NCBI GenBank assembly: GCA_964412015.1
Contig: CAYPMO010000004.1
Span: 50,504-114,503, forward strand
Source of the DNA: an uncultured Gemmatimonadaceae bacterium
Lineage (GTDB): Bacteria > Gemmatimonadota > Gemmatimonadetes > Longimicrobiales > Gaopeijiaceae
Reading direction: 5' to 3'
DNA length: 64,000 nucleotides
Within the stretch, counting starts at the first letter, position 1; every line of letters begins with the position of its first letter. The position numbers and the translations under genes were made by a program. This document shows positions 32,160 through 42,264 of the stretch, in pieces. The notes below the pieces were generated by a model, which had not been told where the DNA came from, searched no databases, and worked only from the letters and a program-made list of their open reading frames with translations.

Positions 32160-33233
32160 ATGATTCGCCGGTTGATTCCTATTCTCGCCTTCGTCGCGTT
32201 CGCGACTCCGACTCCCGCTACCGCTCAGAGGGGCCCCACTCCGTGCCTCGCGGCCACCGCCGAGTGTACCGAATTCGTCACGGTGGGAGGGGGTCCCGGA
32301 CGCTCCCTGGTGTACCGCAACTTCCCGCTCGACACGCGCAACGAGGCGATCACCCACGCGCTCATCCTGATCCACGGCGCGGGCCGCAACCCCGACGACT
32401 ACTATCGCTCCGCGCTCGCGGCGGCGTTCCTCGCCGACAAGATCGAGACCGCGATCGTCATCTCCCCGCGCATGGCCTCCAACGACGGCCGAAGCTGCAG
32501 GGATGAGCTCGCCCCCAACGAGATCAGTTGGAATTGCAGCACATGGCGCTCGGGCGGACCCTCGCTCAACTACCCGTCCGTGACTTCGTTCGATTTCCTC
32601 GACGAGATCGTCAAGAAGGTCGCGCGCAAGGACGTGTTCCCGAACCTGAAGGCGATCGTCGTCACCGGACACTCGGCGGGCGGCCAGGTCACGAACCGCT
32701 ACGGCATGTCGAGCAAGGCGCATGACGTCGTCGGCGTCCCGGTCAGTTACGTGGTGTCGAACCCCTCGAGCTATGCGTACCCGACCGACGAGCGCCCGAC
32801 CGGTGGCGCCGCCTGGCCACTCGAGGCGAACGCGCCGGGCTTCATCCTGGAGGTCCGTGAGGGCACCCCCGCGTTCCGGTCCATGGGCGACGGGCGTGGC
32901 TGCGCCGAGTACAACCAGTGGGCCTACGGCTTCCAGAACCGTACCGGCTACACCGCAGACATCAGCGACGACCAACTCAGGCGACAGCTCGCCTCGCGGA
33001 CCGTCACCTACCTGCTCGGCCAGGACGACATCCTGCCGCTGTCCGGCTTCGACAGCTCGTGCGGCGCGATGGCCCAGGGTCCCACCCGACAAGCGCGCGG
33101 GCAGGCCTATGCCAAGTACGTGAACGAGAGTCTCGGTGGGAACCACCGGGTCATCGTCGTGACCGGTTGCGGCCACAACGGGCGCTGCATGTACACGTCG
33201 GACGAGGGGATCCGGGTGCTGTTCCCCGAGTAG
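32160..33233 (+). CDS. secreted alpha/beta-fold hydrolase (esterase/depolymerase-like), function unknown
   Basis: 357 aa from ATG 32160 with a signal peptide (ILAFVAFATPTPATAQ). Motifs: HALILIHGAGRN and nucleophile elbow VTGHSAGGQ. The upstream 172 codons of the track ORF are Arg/Pro-rich artefact. Confidence 0.7.
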   Translation: MIRRLIPILAFVAFATPTPATAQRGPTPCLAATAECTEFVTVGGGPGRSLVYRNFPLDTRNEAITHALILIHGAGRNPDDYYRSALAAAFLADKIETAIVISPRMASNDGRSCRDELAPNEISWNCSTWRSGGPSLNYPSVTSFDFLDEIVKKVARKDVFPNLKAIVVTGHSAGGQVTNRYGMSSKAHDVVGVPVSYVVSNPSSYAYPTDERPTGGAAWPLEANAPGFILEVREGTPAFRSMGDGRGCAEYNQWAYGFQNRTGYTADISDDQLRRQLASRTVTYLLGQDDILPLSGFDSSCGAMAQGPTRQARGQAYAKYVNESLGGNHRVIVVTGCGHNGRCMYTSDEGIRVLFPE

Positions 33234-33354
33234 GCCGGTCGTCGCCCGAGGCGGCACGGGTCGAGGACCGAGCGCCGGCCCGCTGAGGTCCAACGCCGCC
33301 CAACCATCCGGCGGGGCGCCCCCAGGAGCACTCCGCCCTCCCTCGAGCCGCCGG

Positions 33355-35022
33355 TCAGGTTCCTTGTGCCACCCGGCGGAACCGCACGTTCCAGACGCGC
33401 CCGCTCGAGAGCGTGAAGCTCGACGGGATCCCCGAGGCATTCATCTGGAACCGCGCCTCCGAGCTGCCGAGCAGGAACACCCCGGGACCGCCCACCGGAC
33501 GCAGGCGCCGGGGCTCGAGCTTACGGTGATGGACGACGAGGTCCCCGTCCTCCACCGCGAGTCGGTATTCGGTTCCCAACTCCTCGGACGCCCACGTCCC
33601 CGCGTACTCCCGGAGATCCTCCTCGGAGGGATCCCACGACGGCATGCGCACGGCCCGTCCCACGCCGGGGATCTCGAGCCGCGCCGCATCGGTGCTGGCG
33701 GCAGCGTGGTAAGTCACCACCGAGCTCCCCAGGGCGAAGGCGCGATCCCCGAGCGGGCGGAGGGACTGCCCGCGTCCGGTGCCGAACAGGAGCGAATCCC
33801 CCTCCATCCGGATCTCGAGCACCTGCGCGGGAAGCTCTCCGTGGTACCAGCCGACCACCTCCTCGAGCTCGGACCGCGGCACCGCCACCGGCTCCGGTGG
33901 GGTCGTCACCGCTCGGGGCTCCATCACGCCGTCGACGTAGGCCTCCGCGACGCGGAGCGCCCGGCCGCCCGGATCGGCGGAGGGGAAGTTGCAGAGCACG
34001 GCGACCGTGAGGTCCTGGTCCGGGAAGCGCAGGAAGTTGGCGCGGTAGCCGGCGTCCGAGCCGCTGTGGCCCACCGTGCGGAGGCCGCGGTACGTGCCGA
34101 GCGTGAGGCCGTGTCCGTACGCGACGGTGTCCCCACCGTTCAGCACGAAGCGCCCTCGCATGCGTTCGAGCGCCTCGGGGCCGCCTACGCGACCCGTGAT
34201 GAAGTTGCGGTCCCACGCCGCGAGGTCGTGCACGGTGGTGAAGAGGCTCGTCGCGCCTACGACATCGAAGTCGGGAATCGAGTTCTTCAGCCCGAACAGT
34301 CCTTCCGGGTCGGGCGCGTACGCCCAGGCCCGATTCTTCACGATCATCTCGTGGTCGTCGTGGAAATGCGTCGCGTCCATGCCGAGCGGGGCGAACAGGC
34401 GCTCGCGCGCGAACTCCCGGAGGCTCGTGCCGGTGACGCGCTCCACCACGACGGCCAGGAGCGTGAACCCGGTGTTCGAGTACAGGTAGCGCTCGCCGGG
34501 CTCGAAGTTGAGCGCGGTCTGGCGCGAGATGATGTCGAGCACGTCGCGTTGCGTGACCACGTCCGCCTCCCAGCGCCAGCCCGCCATCGAGAGGAGACTC
34601 CACTGGTCGCGGATGCCGCTCACGTGGTGCACCAGGTGACGGAGCGTGATCGGCGTCCCGAAGTCCGGTACCTCCGGAACGTACGCGCGGATGTCATCGT
34701 CCCAGGAGACTCTCCCTTCGTTCACCAGCAGCTCGACCGCCATCGCCGTGAACTGCTTGGAGACGGACGCGACGTGGAAGACCGACTGTGGCGTGATCGG
34801 GATCCCGTACTCGAGGTTCGCCATCCCATAGCCCCGCTCGTAGACCGGGGCTCCACCGCGCATCACGGAGAGCGCGCACCCCGGGGTCGTCGGGCCGTCC
34901 ACGTCCGCGAAGATCGAGTCCACGCGGAGCTCGGGGACGGGGGTCTGTGCGGCGGCGGGCGACGGCGTGACCAGAGCGGCGCCGACCGTGAGCACCGTGA
35001 TCGCCCGGAACGTCGGAACCAT
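33355..35022 (-). CDS. S12-family serine hydrolase (class C beta-lactamase / D-aminopeptidase-like) with ~150-aa C-terminal domain, secreted
   Basis: 555 aa from ATG 35022 with a GGAGG SD and a signal peptide (TVLTVGAALVTPSPAAAQ). Motifs: SxxK (SVSKQF), YxN (YSNTG) and HxG (GHSGSDAG). The upstream 286 codons of track ORF 33355..35880 are rejected. Confidence 0.85.
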   Translation of the reverse strand: MVPTFRAITVLTVGAALVTPSPAAAQTPVPELRVDSIFADVDGPTTPGCALSVMRGGAPVYERGYGMANLEYGIPITPQSVFHVASVSKQFTAMAVELLVNEGRVSWDDDIRAYVPEVPDFGTPITLRHLVHHVSGIRDQWSLLSMAGWRWEADVVTQRDVLDIISRQTALNFEPGERYLYSNTGFTLLAVVVERVTGTSLREFARERLFAPLGMDATHFHDDHEMIVKNRAWAYAPDPEGLFGLKNSIPDFDVVGATSLFTTVHDLAAWDRNFITGRVGGPEALERMRGRFVLNGGDTVAYGHGLTLGTYRGLRTVGHSGSDAGYRANFLRFPDQDLTVAVLCNFPSADPGGRALRVAEAYVDGVMEPRAVTTPPEPVAVPRSELEEVVGWYHGELPAQVLEIRMEGDSLLFGTGRGQSLRPLGDRAFALGSSVVTYHAAASTDAARLEIPGVGRAVRMPSWDPSEEDLREYAGTWASEELGTEYRLAVEDGDLVVHHRKLEPRRLRPVGGPGVFLLGSSEARFQMNASGIPSSFTLSSGRVWNVRFRRVAQGT

Positions 35023-35220
35023 GGGACCTCCTGCACGAAACGGGGCAATGGTGCAGGGATATTGACCCGGCCGGTCCCTTCGAGAAAGCCCCTCCGAGCC
35101 GGACCCCCATGCCGGGGACGCCTCCGAGCTTGCCGCGCGGGGCTCGATGCCCCACCATCCCTGTGAGCACCATCGACCGACTTGAAACGCCTGCCCGTAA
35201 CGCCACATGGGAGGCGCATC

Positions 35221-36546
35221 ATGTCCCGGGACCCCCTCCTCTCCTCCGACCTCACGGGCCGGTCCCTCTCCAGGAGGAAGTTCCTCCGCTTCGGGCTGGG
35301 CACCACGGCCCTCTCGCTCGGCTCCGCACGGGCCCTCAACGCCGCGGTCTACGGAAGCGTCGAGCGGCTGAACCTCGACCTCGACCAGGAGAGCCCGGAC
35401 GGAGCCTACTGGCAGGCTCTCCGAAAGCACTACCTGTTCGAGGACGACCTCATCATGATGAACAACGGCACGGTGGGCCCCATGCCGGAGCCGGTGTTCA
35501 ACACGCTCATGTCCTCCTTCCAGGTCCAGTGCACGGCCCCCTGCGACGTGTACAGCACGTTCGGCGCCCGCAGGGAAGAGGTCCGAGCCAAGGTGGCCCG
35601 GTTCGTGGGAGCCGATCCCGAGGAGATCGTCCTCAACCGGAACACCACCGAGGGCATGAACTTCGTGGCCAACGGCCTGGAGCTGAAGCCGGGCGACGAG
35701 GTTCTCCTGTCCGACATGGAGCACCCGGGCGGGATCCATCCATGGCGTCTGAAGGCCGCCCGGTACGGGATCGTCATGAAGGAGGTCCCGGTGGGCTTGC
35801 CCCCCCGCTCCGTGGACGAGGTGGTCGACGCCTTCGAGGCCGCCATCACCCCCCGGACCCGGGTCATCAGCATCAGCCACACCGTCTACATCTCGGGCCT
35901 GATCGCACCCATCAAGGAACTAAGCGAGATGGCCCACCGCCACGGAGTGCTGGTGGTAGCCGACAGTGCCCACGGACCGGGGATGTTGAACCTGAACCTC
36001 CACGACACCGGCGTGGACTACTGGACCGCCAGCCCCTACAAGTGGCTCGGTGCCCCGTGCGGATGCGGGATCCTGTATGTCCGGCGTGATCTCCAGGAAA
36101 GCCTGTGGCCCACCATCGCCAACTCGGGATGGGACACCTCGGACACGGGGCGGCGCTTCGAGACGCTGGGGCAGCGGGCCGATCCTCTGGTCTTCGCCCT
36201 CGGAGAGGCCGTGGACTTCCAGTCCGCCGTGGGGAAGGAACGGATCCAACGTCGGATCCAGGCCCTGGCGACCCATCTCAAGGAGGGGCTCGCGGAGATC
36301 CCGGGTATCCGCCTCCACACGAGCATGGACGGATATCTGAGCGGTGGTCTCACGGCCTTCTCCGCGCCGGGCATGAGCCCCGAAGGGCTGATGAACTACC
36401 TGCGGGAGCGGTACAACCTGGTGATCCGGACCATCGGAAGCGAAGAGCGGGGCACCCGGGGCGTACGGGTCTCCACCCACATCTGGGTGTTCCACGAGCA
36501 CGTGGACATGCTCCTGGAGGGGGTCCGGCACGTCGTCAACGCGTGA
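35221..36546 (+). CDS. class V aminotransferase-fold PLP enzyme (cysteine desulfurase / isopenicillin-N epimerase-like) with twin-arginine signal
   Basis: 441 aa from ATG 35221 with a GGGAGG SD. Tat motif SRRKFLRFGLGTTALSLGSARA. Class V blocks: NNGTVGP, NTTEGMN, DSAHGPG and the PLP-lysine context SPYKWLGAPCGCGILY. Confidence 0.8.
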   Translation: MSRDPLLSSDLTGRSLSRRKFLRFGLGTTALSLGSARALNAAVYGSVERLNLDLDQESPDGAYWQALRKHYLFEDDLIMMNNGTVGPMPEPVFNTLMSSFQVQCTAPCDVYSTFGARREEVRAKVARFVGADPEEIVLNRNTTEGMNFVANGLELKPGDEVLLSDMEHPGGIHPWRLKAARYGIVMKEVPVGLPPRSVDEVVDAFEAAITPRTRVISISHTVYISGLIAPIKELSEMAHRHGVLVVADSAHGPGMLNLNLHDTGVDYWTASPYKWLGAPCGCGILYVRRDLQESLWPTIANSGWDTSDTGRRFETLGQRADPLVFALGEAVDFQSAVGKERIQRRIQALATHLKEGLAEIPGIRLHTSMDGYLSGGLTAFSAPGMSPEGLMNYLRERYNLVIRTIGSEERGTRGVRVSTHIWVFHEHVDMLLEGVRHVVNA

Positions 36547-36606
36547 GGCGGTGGCCGGCGGAGGGATGGCCGCGTCGGGGAGCGCGCGGCGGGGTCGTGT
36601 CGCCGG

Positions 36607-38271
36607 TCAGCGCACGACCATCGCCGTGAACGGCCAGACGTAGGCCTGCAGCGTCACGAGCAGGCCGACCAGGCATGCCAGCGCGATCGAGTGGAAGAAG
36701 ACGTAGCGCAGGATATCGCCCTCGTGGTCGAACCACCGCGTGGCGGTGGAGGCGACCACGATGGACTGCGCGTCGATCATCTTCCCCATGACGCCGCCCG
36801 AGCTGTTCGCCGCGCCCATCAGGTTCGGGCTGAGGTCCAGCTGCTGCGCGGCCACCTTCTGCATGCCTCCGAACAGCACGTTGCTCGACGTGTCGGAGCC
36901 GGTGAGCGCCACGCCGAGCCAGCCCATCAGCGTGCCGAAGAACGGATACAACGCCCCGGTGTTGGCGAACGCCAGCCCGAGCGTGGTGTCGGTGCCGGAG
37001 TATCGCGTCAGCGTTCCCAGGGCCAGCATCAGCACGATCGTGGCGAGCGAGTAGCGCACCAGCCAGAGGGTGCGTCCGTACGTCGTCACGAGCTTCAGTG
37101 GGCCGTACTTCGCGACCAGCCCGCCGACGATGGCGGCCACCAGGATGCCGGTCCCGGTCGCCGACAGCAGCGTCAGCGTGTACACGGCCGCTTCCCTGGT
37201 CGGCTCGACGACGACCGGGGGCACCTTCTCGATCATCTGGTGCAGGCCCACGATCGGGAACGCGGGAGCGAAGATCCCGTTGAGGAATCCCTTCACCCGT
37301 GGTACGCCCCAGACGAACACAAACACCGACAGGAACACCCAGGGTAGCCAGGCCCGTACCACGTCCCCACGGGGATGCCGCTTCGGGCCGGTGGCGACGT
37401 GCCCCGCACCGCCGTCCTTCTCGTGGCCCTTGAGCGTCACCGACATCCACACGGTCTTCGGGCTCCAGACGCGCAGAAACGCGACCAGCGACGCCATCGA
37501 GACGACCGCCGCGATCACGTCCACCAGCTCCGGCCCGATGTGGTTCGAGACCAGGAACTGGGTGATCGAGAAGCTCACCCCCGTGACCAGGATCGCCGGC
37601 CAGATCTCCCACATGCCCTTGCGGCCCGCGAAGGCCCAGATGAGCCAGAACGGGACGAGCAGCGAGAAGAACGGCAGCTGTCGGCCGATCATCGCCGACA
37701 GCTCCCCGGGATCGTAGCCGTGTACGCTGGCGAGCGTGATCACGGGCGTGCCGAGGGCGCCGAACGCGACCGGCGCGGTGTTCGCGATCAGACTCAGGCC
37801 CGAGGCCGCCAGCGGCGAGAATCCGAGCCCGATCAGGATCGCCGCGGTGACCGCCACCGGCGTACCGAACCCTGCCGCGCCCTCGAAGAAGGCGCCGAAC
37901 GCGAAGGCGATCAGCAGCAGTTGGAGGCGTCGGTCCTCGGTGATACCGGCGATCGAGTCCTGCAGGATCGCGAAGCTCCCGTTCTGCTCGGTGAGCTGAT
38001 GCAGGAAGATGATGTTCAGCACGATCCAGCCGATCGGGAGCACACCGGTCAGGCCGCCGTAGAACGCTGCCTTGGCGGCCAGTCCGAGCGGCATGCCGTA
38101 CACGAGCGCGGAGACCAGGAACGCCGTCACCAGGCCGGCGCCGGCGGCGATGTGCGCCTTGAGGTGCAGGAACCCCAGCCCCACCAGCATCACGGCCACG
38201 GGGAGCACGGCCAGCACGGTGGAGAGCACCATGTTCCCGAGCGGGTCGTAGACCTGCTGCCAGGGCATCAT
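36607..38271 (-). CDS. lctP: L-lactate/glycolate permease (LctP family)
   Basis: 554-aa polytopic protein. The N-terminus MMPWQQVYDPLGNMVLSTVLAVLPV and the overall length and topology are typical of LctP/GlcA. Confidence 0.9.
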   Translation of the reverse strand: MMPWQQVYDPLGNMVLSTVLAVLPVAVMLVGLGFLHLKAHIAAGAGLVTAFLVSALVYGMPLGLAAKAAFYGGLTGVLPIGWIVLNIIFLHQLTEQNGSFAILQDSIAGITEDRRLQLLLIAFAFGAFFEGAAGFGTPVAVTAAILIGLGFSPLAASGLSLIANTAPVAFGALGTPVITLASVHGYDPGELSAMIGRQLPFFSLLVPFWLIWAFAGRKGMWEIWPAILVTGVSFSITQFLVSNHIGPELVDVIAAVVSMASLVAFLRVWSPKTVWMSVTLKGHEKDGGAGHVATGPKRHPRGDVVRAWLPWVFLSVFVFVWGVPRVKGFLNGIFAPAFPIVGLHQMIEKVPPVVVEPTREAAVYTLTLLSATGTGILVAAIVGGLVAKYGPLKLVTTYGRTLWLVRYSLATIVLMLALGTLTRYSGTDTTLGLAFANTGALYPFFGTLMGWLGVALTGSDTSSNVLFGGMQKVAAQQLDLSPNLMGAANSSGGVMGKMIDAQSIVVASTATRWFDHEGDILRYVFFHSIALACLVGLLVTLQAYVWPFTAMVVR

Positions 38272-38310
38272 GCCTTCGGCCTCGGGGATGAGTCAGCCGA
38301 GACGGCCCGC

Positions 38311-38865
38311 TCAGGCCTGGTGGCTCATCCGCGCCCAGAGCTCATTCAGGTGGGCCGACACCTGCTGCATGGCGTCCATGGCGGCCGCGTCGAGCGTGCG
38401 GGAGACGTCCGGCCCCACGAGGGCCCCCAGGAACTTCAGCGGATACTCCAGGTCCCAGTCCAAGAACGGCTCGGGCCCCTTGTCCAGATTCTCCAGGAGA
38501 CGGACGAACAGGTACGAGTCGTCGAGGAGCCCGGCGAGTCCCTGCGTCATCTCGGGAATGAGGTCTACCGGTTGGAGGAAGTACTGTTCCGCATGATCCA
38601 GGAGAGGCCCGACCACGGAATGGAGCCCCCGCTGCGCGGCTTCCTGTCGGGCGCGCGCCAGGAAGACGGGGATGGACTCGATGATCTCGACCGCCACCTC
38701 CGCGGCCTCCTTGACCTCGCCTTCTTCGGCCTCCGGGAGCCGCTTCTGGATGTAGCGTTCGAGCGCTTCCATGCCCCCGCGGGCCTTCGCGCTCTCGATG
38801 ACCGCCTGGATGTCGGTGAGGACCGGCCCGGTCGGATCCTGGTAAGGAGTCTGCTCCTCGTTCAC
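38311..38865 (-). CDS. hypothetical acidic protein with DUF1232 (YkvA)-like core motif
   Basis: 184 aa with a GTG start and a GGAGG SD 6 nt upstream. PVDLIPEMTQGLAGLLDDSYLFVRLL resembles the DUF1232 DxIPDxxPxxGxxDD signature. It lies 39 nt upstream of lctP on the same strand. Confidence 0.6.
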   Translation of the reverse strand: MNEEQTPYQDPTGPVLTDIQAVIESAKARGGMEALERYIQKRLPEAEEGEVKEAAEVAVEIIESIPVFLARARQEAAQRGLHSVVGPLLDHAEQYFLQPVDLIPEMTQGLAGLLDDSYLFVRLLENLDKGPEPFLDWDLEYPLKFLGALVGPDVSRTLDAAAMDAMQQVSAHLNELWARMSHQA

Positions 38866-38866
38866 G

Positions 38867-39094
38867 TCAGCCTCCGGCCTTGGCGTCGTAGACGATCTCC
38901 CCGCCGACGATGGTCATCTCCACGGTCGTTGTGGGGATCTCCTCGTCGGGGATCGTGAGGATGTTCTTGGAGTGCCTCACGACGCCGGAGCGCCGGGAGC
39001 GCCTCCGACGGACCCGGTAGAATCGCCCACGGGCGCCCGCTCGGCCAGGGGAAGGACCCGCGACGGGGCCTTCCGGACCGCAGCGACTTGCCAC
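38867..39094 (-). pseudogene. relic of an amidohydrolase-family gene (only the C-terminal ~35 codons recognisable)
   Basis: The ORF ends ...KNILTIPDEEIPTTTVEMTIVGGEIVYDAKAGG. This matches the characteristic C-terminus of Amidohydro_3-type metal hydrolases (..VVLd.dpl.vp.eei.d..V..T.vgG..VY). The N-terminal 40 codons are Arg/Gly/Pro junk, and no upstream remainder exists in any frame. Confidence 0.4.
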
Positions 39095-39151
39095 GGGTGC
39101 GCGAACGACGAAGGTTGCGGTTCACTCCACCCCCACGCATCGCCCAGGACC

Positions 39152-39901
39152 ATGCCCGGCTCGCGAACTCTTTCCGCTCTGTCGGCCGTCCTCAGCCTCG
39201 TTCCCGCGTGTCTCTTGGCGCAGGAGCCTACCGCTCGCTGGAGTCTCGACGTCGAGCTGGGCCTCAACGGGGCTTCAGGCAACAGCAGCTTCTCGATCCT
39301 CCGGACGGGATTCCGGGCCCGGCATGTCCGGACCGACATCGCCGAGCTGGAGACGTCGGTCCTCGTGCGTCACGGGAAGAGCGATGGGAAGGTCATCGCC
39401 GACGACGCGAAGGCGACGCTGAAGCTCGATCTCTGGTCGAGCGCGCGCTGGTCCCCGTTCACGTTCGCGGACTGGTCGCGCGACGACATTCGCCGTCTGG
39501 ATACGCGATTCAGCGGCGGCGCCGGAGGGAAGTGGACGTTCTGGTCCGGCGACTCGGGCAAGGCGTCCTTCAGCGTCGCCGCGCTCTACGACTACCAGAA
39601 CTTCAAGGTCGAGCCGGGCTCCGCCGATCCAGCCAGCGAGAGCCTGGCACGCTGGAGCTTCCGCACGCAGGTCGAGAAGAAGCTCTCCTCCTCGGCCAAG
39701 TTCGAGCACCTCGCCGTCTACCAACCGGTCTGGGACGAGGCGGGGGACTATGCCATGGACGTCACCCACACCGTGTCCACGCAGATCCTGGGCAACCTCA
39801 CGTTGGCCGTCGAGCACCAATACCTCAGGGACGCGACCCCACCACCCGACGTGGAACCGGCGGACCAGCGCTTCTCCGTCCTCCTCAAGATGTCGTTCTG
39901 A
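39152..39901 (+). CDS. DUF481 (YdiY-like) outer-membrane beta-barrel protein
   Basis: 249 aa from ATG 39152 with a signal peptide (LSALSAVLSLVPACLLAQ). It shows an alternating beta-strand pattern, a WSLDVELGLNGASGNSSFSIL opening strand and a terminal Phe (LLKMSF). Confidence 0.65.
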   Translation: MPGSRTLSALSAVLSLVPACLLAQEPTARWSLDVELGLNGASGNSSFSILRTGFRARHVRTDIAELETSVLVRHGKSDGKVIADDAKATLKLDLWSSARWSPFTFADWSRDDIRRLDTRFSGGAGGKWTFWSGDSGKASFSVAALYDYQNFKVEPGSADPASESLARWSFRTQVEKKLSSSAKFEHLAVYQPVWDEAGDYAMDVTHTVSTQILGNLTLAVEHQYLRDATPPPDVEPADQRFSVLLKMSF

Positions 39902-39927
39902 CGATCGTCCGCCGAACGGGCGGGCGG

Positions 39928-42264
39928 TCAGCGCAGCCGGGCCCGGGCGAGCCTCAGGCTGTTCCCAACGACCGTCACCGACGAGAAAGCCATCGCGAGC
40001 GCCGCCAGGATCGGATGGAGTTGCCGGAGCATCATCGGGAGTTCCTGGACGGGATAGAGCGCGCCCGCGGCCACGGGAATGAGGACCACGTTGTAGAAGA
40101 AGGCCCAGAAGAGGTTCTGGCGGATCGTCCTCATCGTGGCGGCGGACAGCGCGAGCGCCTGCGGCACCGAGCGCAGGTCGCCGCGCATGAGCGTCAGGTC
40201 GGCCGCCTCCATGGCCACGTCCGCCCCCGTGCCGATCGCCATGCCGACGTCCGCCTGGGCGAGGGCGGGAGCATCGTTGATCCCGTCGCCCACCATCGCC
40301 ACGACCGCGCCGGACGCCTGTAGCTCCCGCACCACGTCGACCTTCTGGTCGGGGAGCACCTCGGCTCGCACCTCTTCGATGCCCACTTCCCTTGCGATCG
40401 TTTCCGCCGTGCGCCGGTTGTCCCCCGTCAGCATGACCACTCGCAGCCCACGCCGGCGAAGATCCGCGACCGCTTCCCCGGATCCCTCCTTCACTCCGTC
40501 GGCGACCGCGAGGAGCCCGACCGGACTGCCGTCCACGGCGACCCAGAGCGGCGTACGCGCCGCCGCCTCGATCCGGCGTGCCTCCGCCTCGAGCCCATCC
40601 GGCCGAACGCCGTACTCGTCGAGGAGTCGGCGCGAGCCGATCACCACGTCGTGTCCGTCCACCGTGGCCGTCACGCCTCGACCGGGGACGGCGGCGAACG
40701 CCGAGGGCTCGCGGAGCGCGACGCCCCGGCGCCGCGCCTCCCGCACCACCGCTCCGGCGATCGGGTGCTCGCTCCGGCGCTCCGCGCTGGCCGTCACGCC
40801 CAGGAGCCATGCCTCGGCCGCGGAGCCGCCCGGCGTACCCTCGGGAGGCCTGACCGCCACCTCGAGCACCTCAGGCTCGCCACGCGTGACGGTGCCGGTC
40901 TTGTCCAGCACCACCACCTGGAGCTTCTGCGCCCTCTCGAGCGCGGTGGAGCTACGGAACAGCACGCCGAGCTTCGCGCCTCTTCCGGTCCCGACCATCA
41001 CCGCCGTCGGCGTCGCCAGGCCGAGCGCGCACGGGCACGCGATCACGAGCACGGCGACCATACGCACCAGGGATGGCGTGAAGCCCGCGCCGGCCACGAG
41101 CCACCAGGTCAGGAATGTCCCCCCCGCCACCACGATCACCGCTGGAACGAACACCGCCGCGACCCGGTCCGCCAGCCTCTGGATCGGCGCCTTGCTGCCC
41201 TGTGCCTGCCGCACCAGTCGGATGATCTGCGCGAGAGCGGTCTCGGCCCCCACGCGCGTGGCGCGCAGTCGCAGGGCCCCCTCCCGGTTCATCGCGGCGC
41301 CGACCACTGTGTCACCGGGTGCCTTCTCCACCGGCATGCTCTCGCCGGTGAGCATGCTCTCGTCCACCGCGGACCGGCCGTCCAGCACGACGCCGTCCAC
41401 CGGGATCCGCTCCCCCGGGCGGACGAGCACCACGTCGCCCACGACGACCTCGTCCGCCGGCACGTCCGTCTCCACGCCCTCGCGGAGCACACGCGCGGTC
41501 TTGGCGCGGAGACCCATGAGCTCCCGGATGGCCGCGCCGGTCTCGCCCTTGGCGCGCACCTCCAGGAGCTTCCCGAGCTTGATGAGCGTGATGATGAGGG
41601 CGGCGGTCTCGAAGTAGACGTGGTCGCCGAGGGCGCTCGAGCCCGACGTGAGCCCCACCGCCACCACCACCGAGTACACGTACGCCACGGACGAGCCCAT
41701 CGCGACGAGCACGTCCATGTTCGCCGAGCCGTTCCGGAGCGACTTCCAACCACCCCGGTAGTAGTCCCATCCCACCCAGAGCTGAACCGGCGTGGCGAGC
41801 GCGAACATGAGCCAGTTCACCCAGGGCGCATGCGCCCAGGGACCCACGAGAGCGAAATCGCGCGCCATGCTGAGGACGAACAGGGGAAGCGCGAACGCGA
41901 CGCCGGTCCAGAACTTCCGCGTTTGGTCGAGGATCTCGGCGCGACGCGCGGCCGCTTCCGCGTCCTCCATCTCCTGGGGTGCCGCGTCCACCACACCGTA
42001 GCCGGCGTCCTCGATGGCGTGCGTGACGCGCGCGCGGAGTTCGTCTTCCCGGACCTTCGTGGGATCGAAGCGGACGGTCGCACGCTCCGAGGCGAAGTTG
42101 ACCGAAGCCTCGGCCACGCCCTCGGTTCTGCCAAGGGCGCGCTCGACCGTGGCCACGCAGTTGGCGCACGTCATTCCCGTCACGGGAATCAGGAGCTCTC
42201 GCGAGAGATCCATCGGGTCAGCGGGTCTTTCGGAGGGCGAGACGAATCCTTCCGAGGGAGTCAC
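39928..42264 (-). CDS. copA: copper-translocating P1B-type ATPase
   Basis: N-terminal HMA domain (GMTCANCV), CPC transmembrane motif ([11 protein letters not shown]), DKTGTVT phosphorylation site, TGES and GDGINDAP. The GTG start overlaps the copZ stop (GTGA). An alternative ATG is at 42213. Confidence 0.95.
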   Translation of the reverse strand: MTPSEGFVSPSERPADPMDLSRELLIPVTGMTCANCVATVERALGRTEGVAEASVNFASERATVRFDPTKVREDELRARVTHAIEDAGYGVVDAAPQEMEDAEAAARRAEILDQTRKFWTGVAFALPLFVLSMARDFALVGPWAHAPWVNWLMFALATPVQLWVGWDYYRGGWKSLRNGSANMDVLVAMGSSVAYVYSVVVAVGLTSGSSALGDHVYFETAALIITLIKLGKLLEVRAKGETGAAIRELMGLRAKTARVLREGVETDVPADEVVVGDVVLVRPGERIPVDGVVLDGRSAVDESMLTGESMPVEKAPGDTVVGAAMNREGALRLRATRVGAETALAQIIRLVRQAQGSKAPIQRLADRVAAVFVPAVIVVAGGTFLTWWLVAGAGFTPSLVRMVAVLVIACPCALGLATPTAVMVGTGRGAKLGVLFRSSTALERAQKLQVVVLDKTGTVTRGEPEVLEVAVRPPEGTPGGSAAEAWLLGVTASAERRSEHPIAGAVVREARRRGVALREPSAFAAVPGRGVTATVDGHDVVIGSRRLLDEYGVRPDGLEAEARRIEAAARTPLWVAVDGSPVGLLAVADGVKEGSGEAVADLRRRGLRVVMLTGDNRRTAETIAREVGIEEVRAEVLPDQKVDVVRELQASGAVVAMVGDGINDAPALAQADVGMAIGTGADVAMEAADLTLMRGDLRSVPQALALSAATMRTIRQNLFWAFFYNVVLIPVAAGALYPVQELPMMLRQLHPILAALAMAFSSVTVVGNSLRLARARLR

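Noticed and set aside
33355-35880. N-terminal extensions of track ORFs (33355..35880, 12681..13709, 31644..33233, 45428..46936, 47989..50157, 58941..60665, 52739..55069, 15189..16739)
   Set aside because: In each case the upstream part is Arg/Pro/Gly-rich or overlaps the neighbouring gene. An internal ATG/GTG with an SD, a signal peptide or a 4-nt overlap gives a protein of the expected family length.
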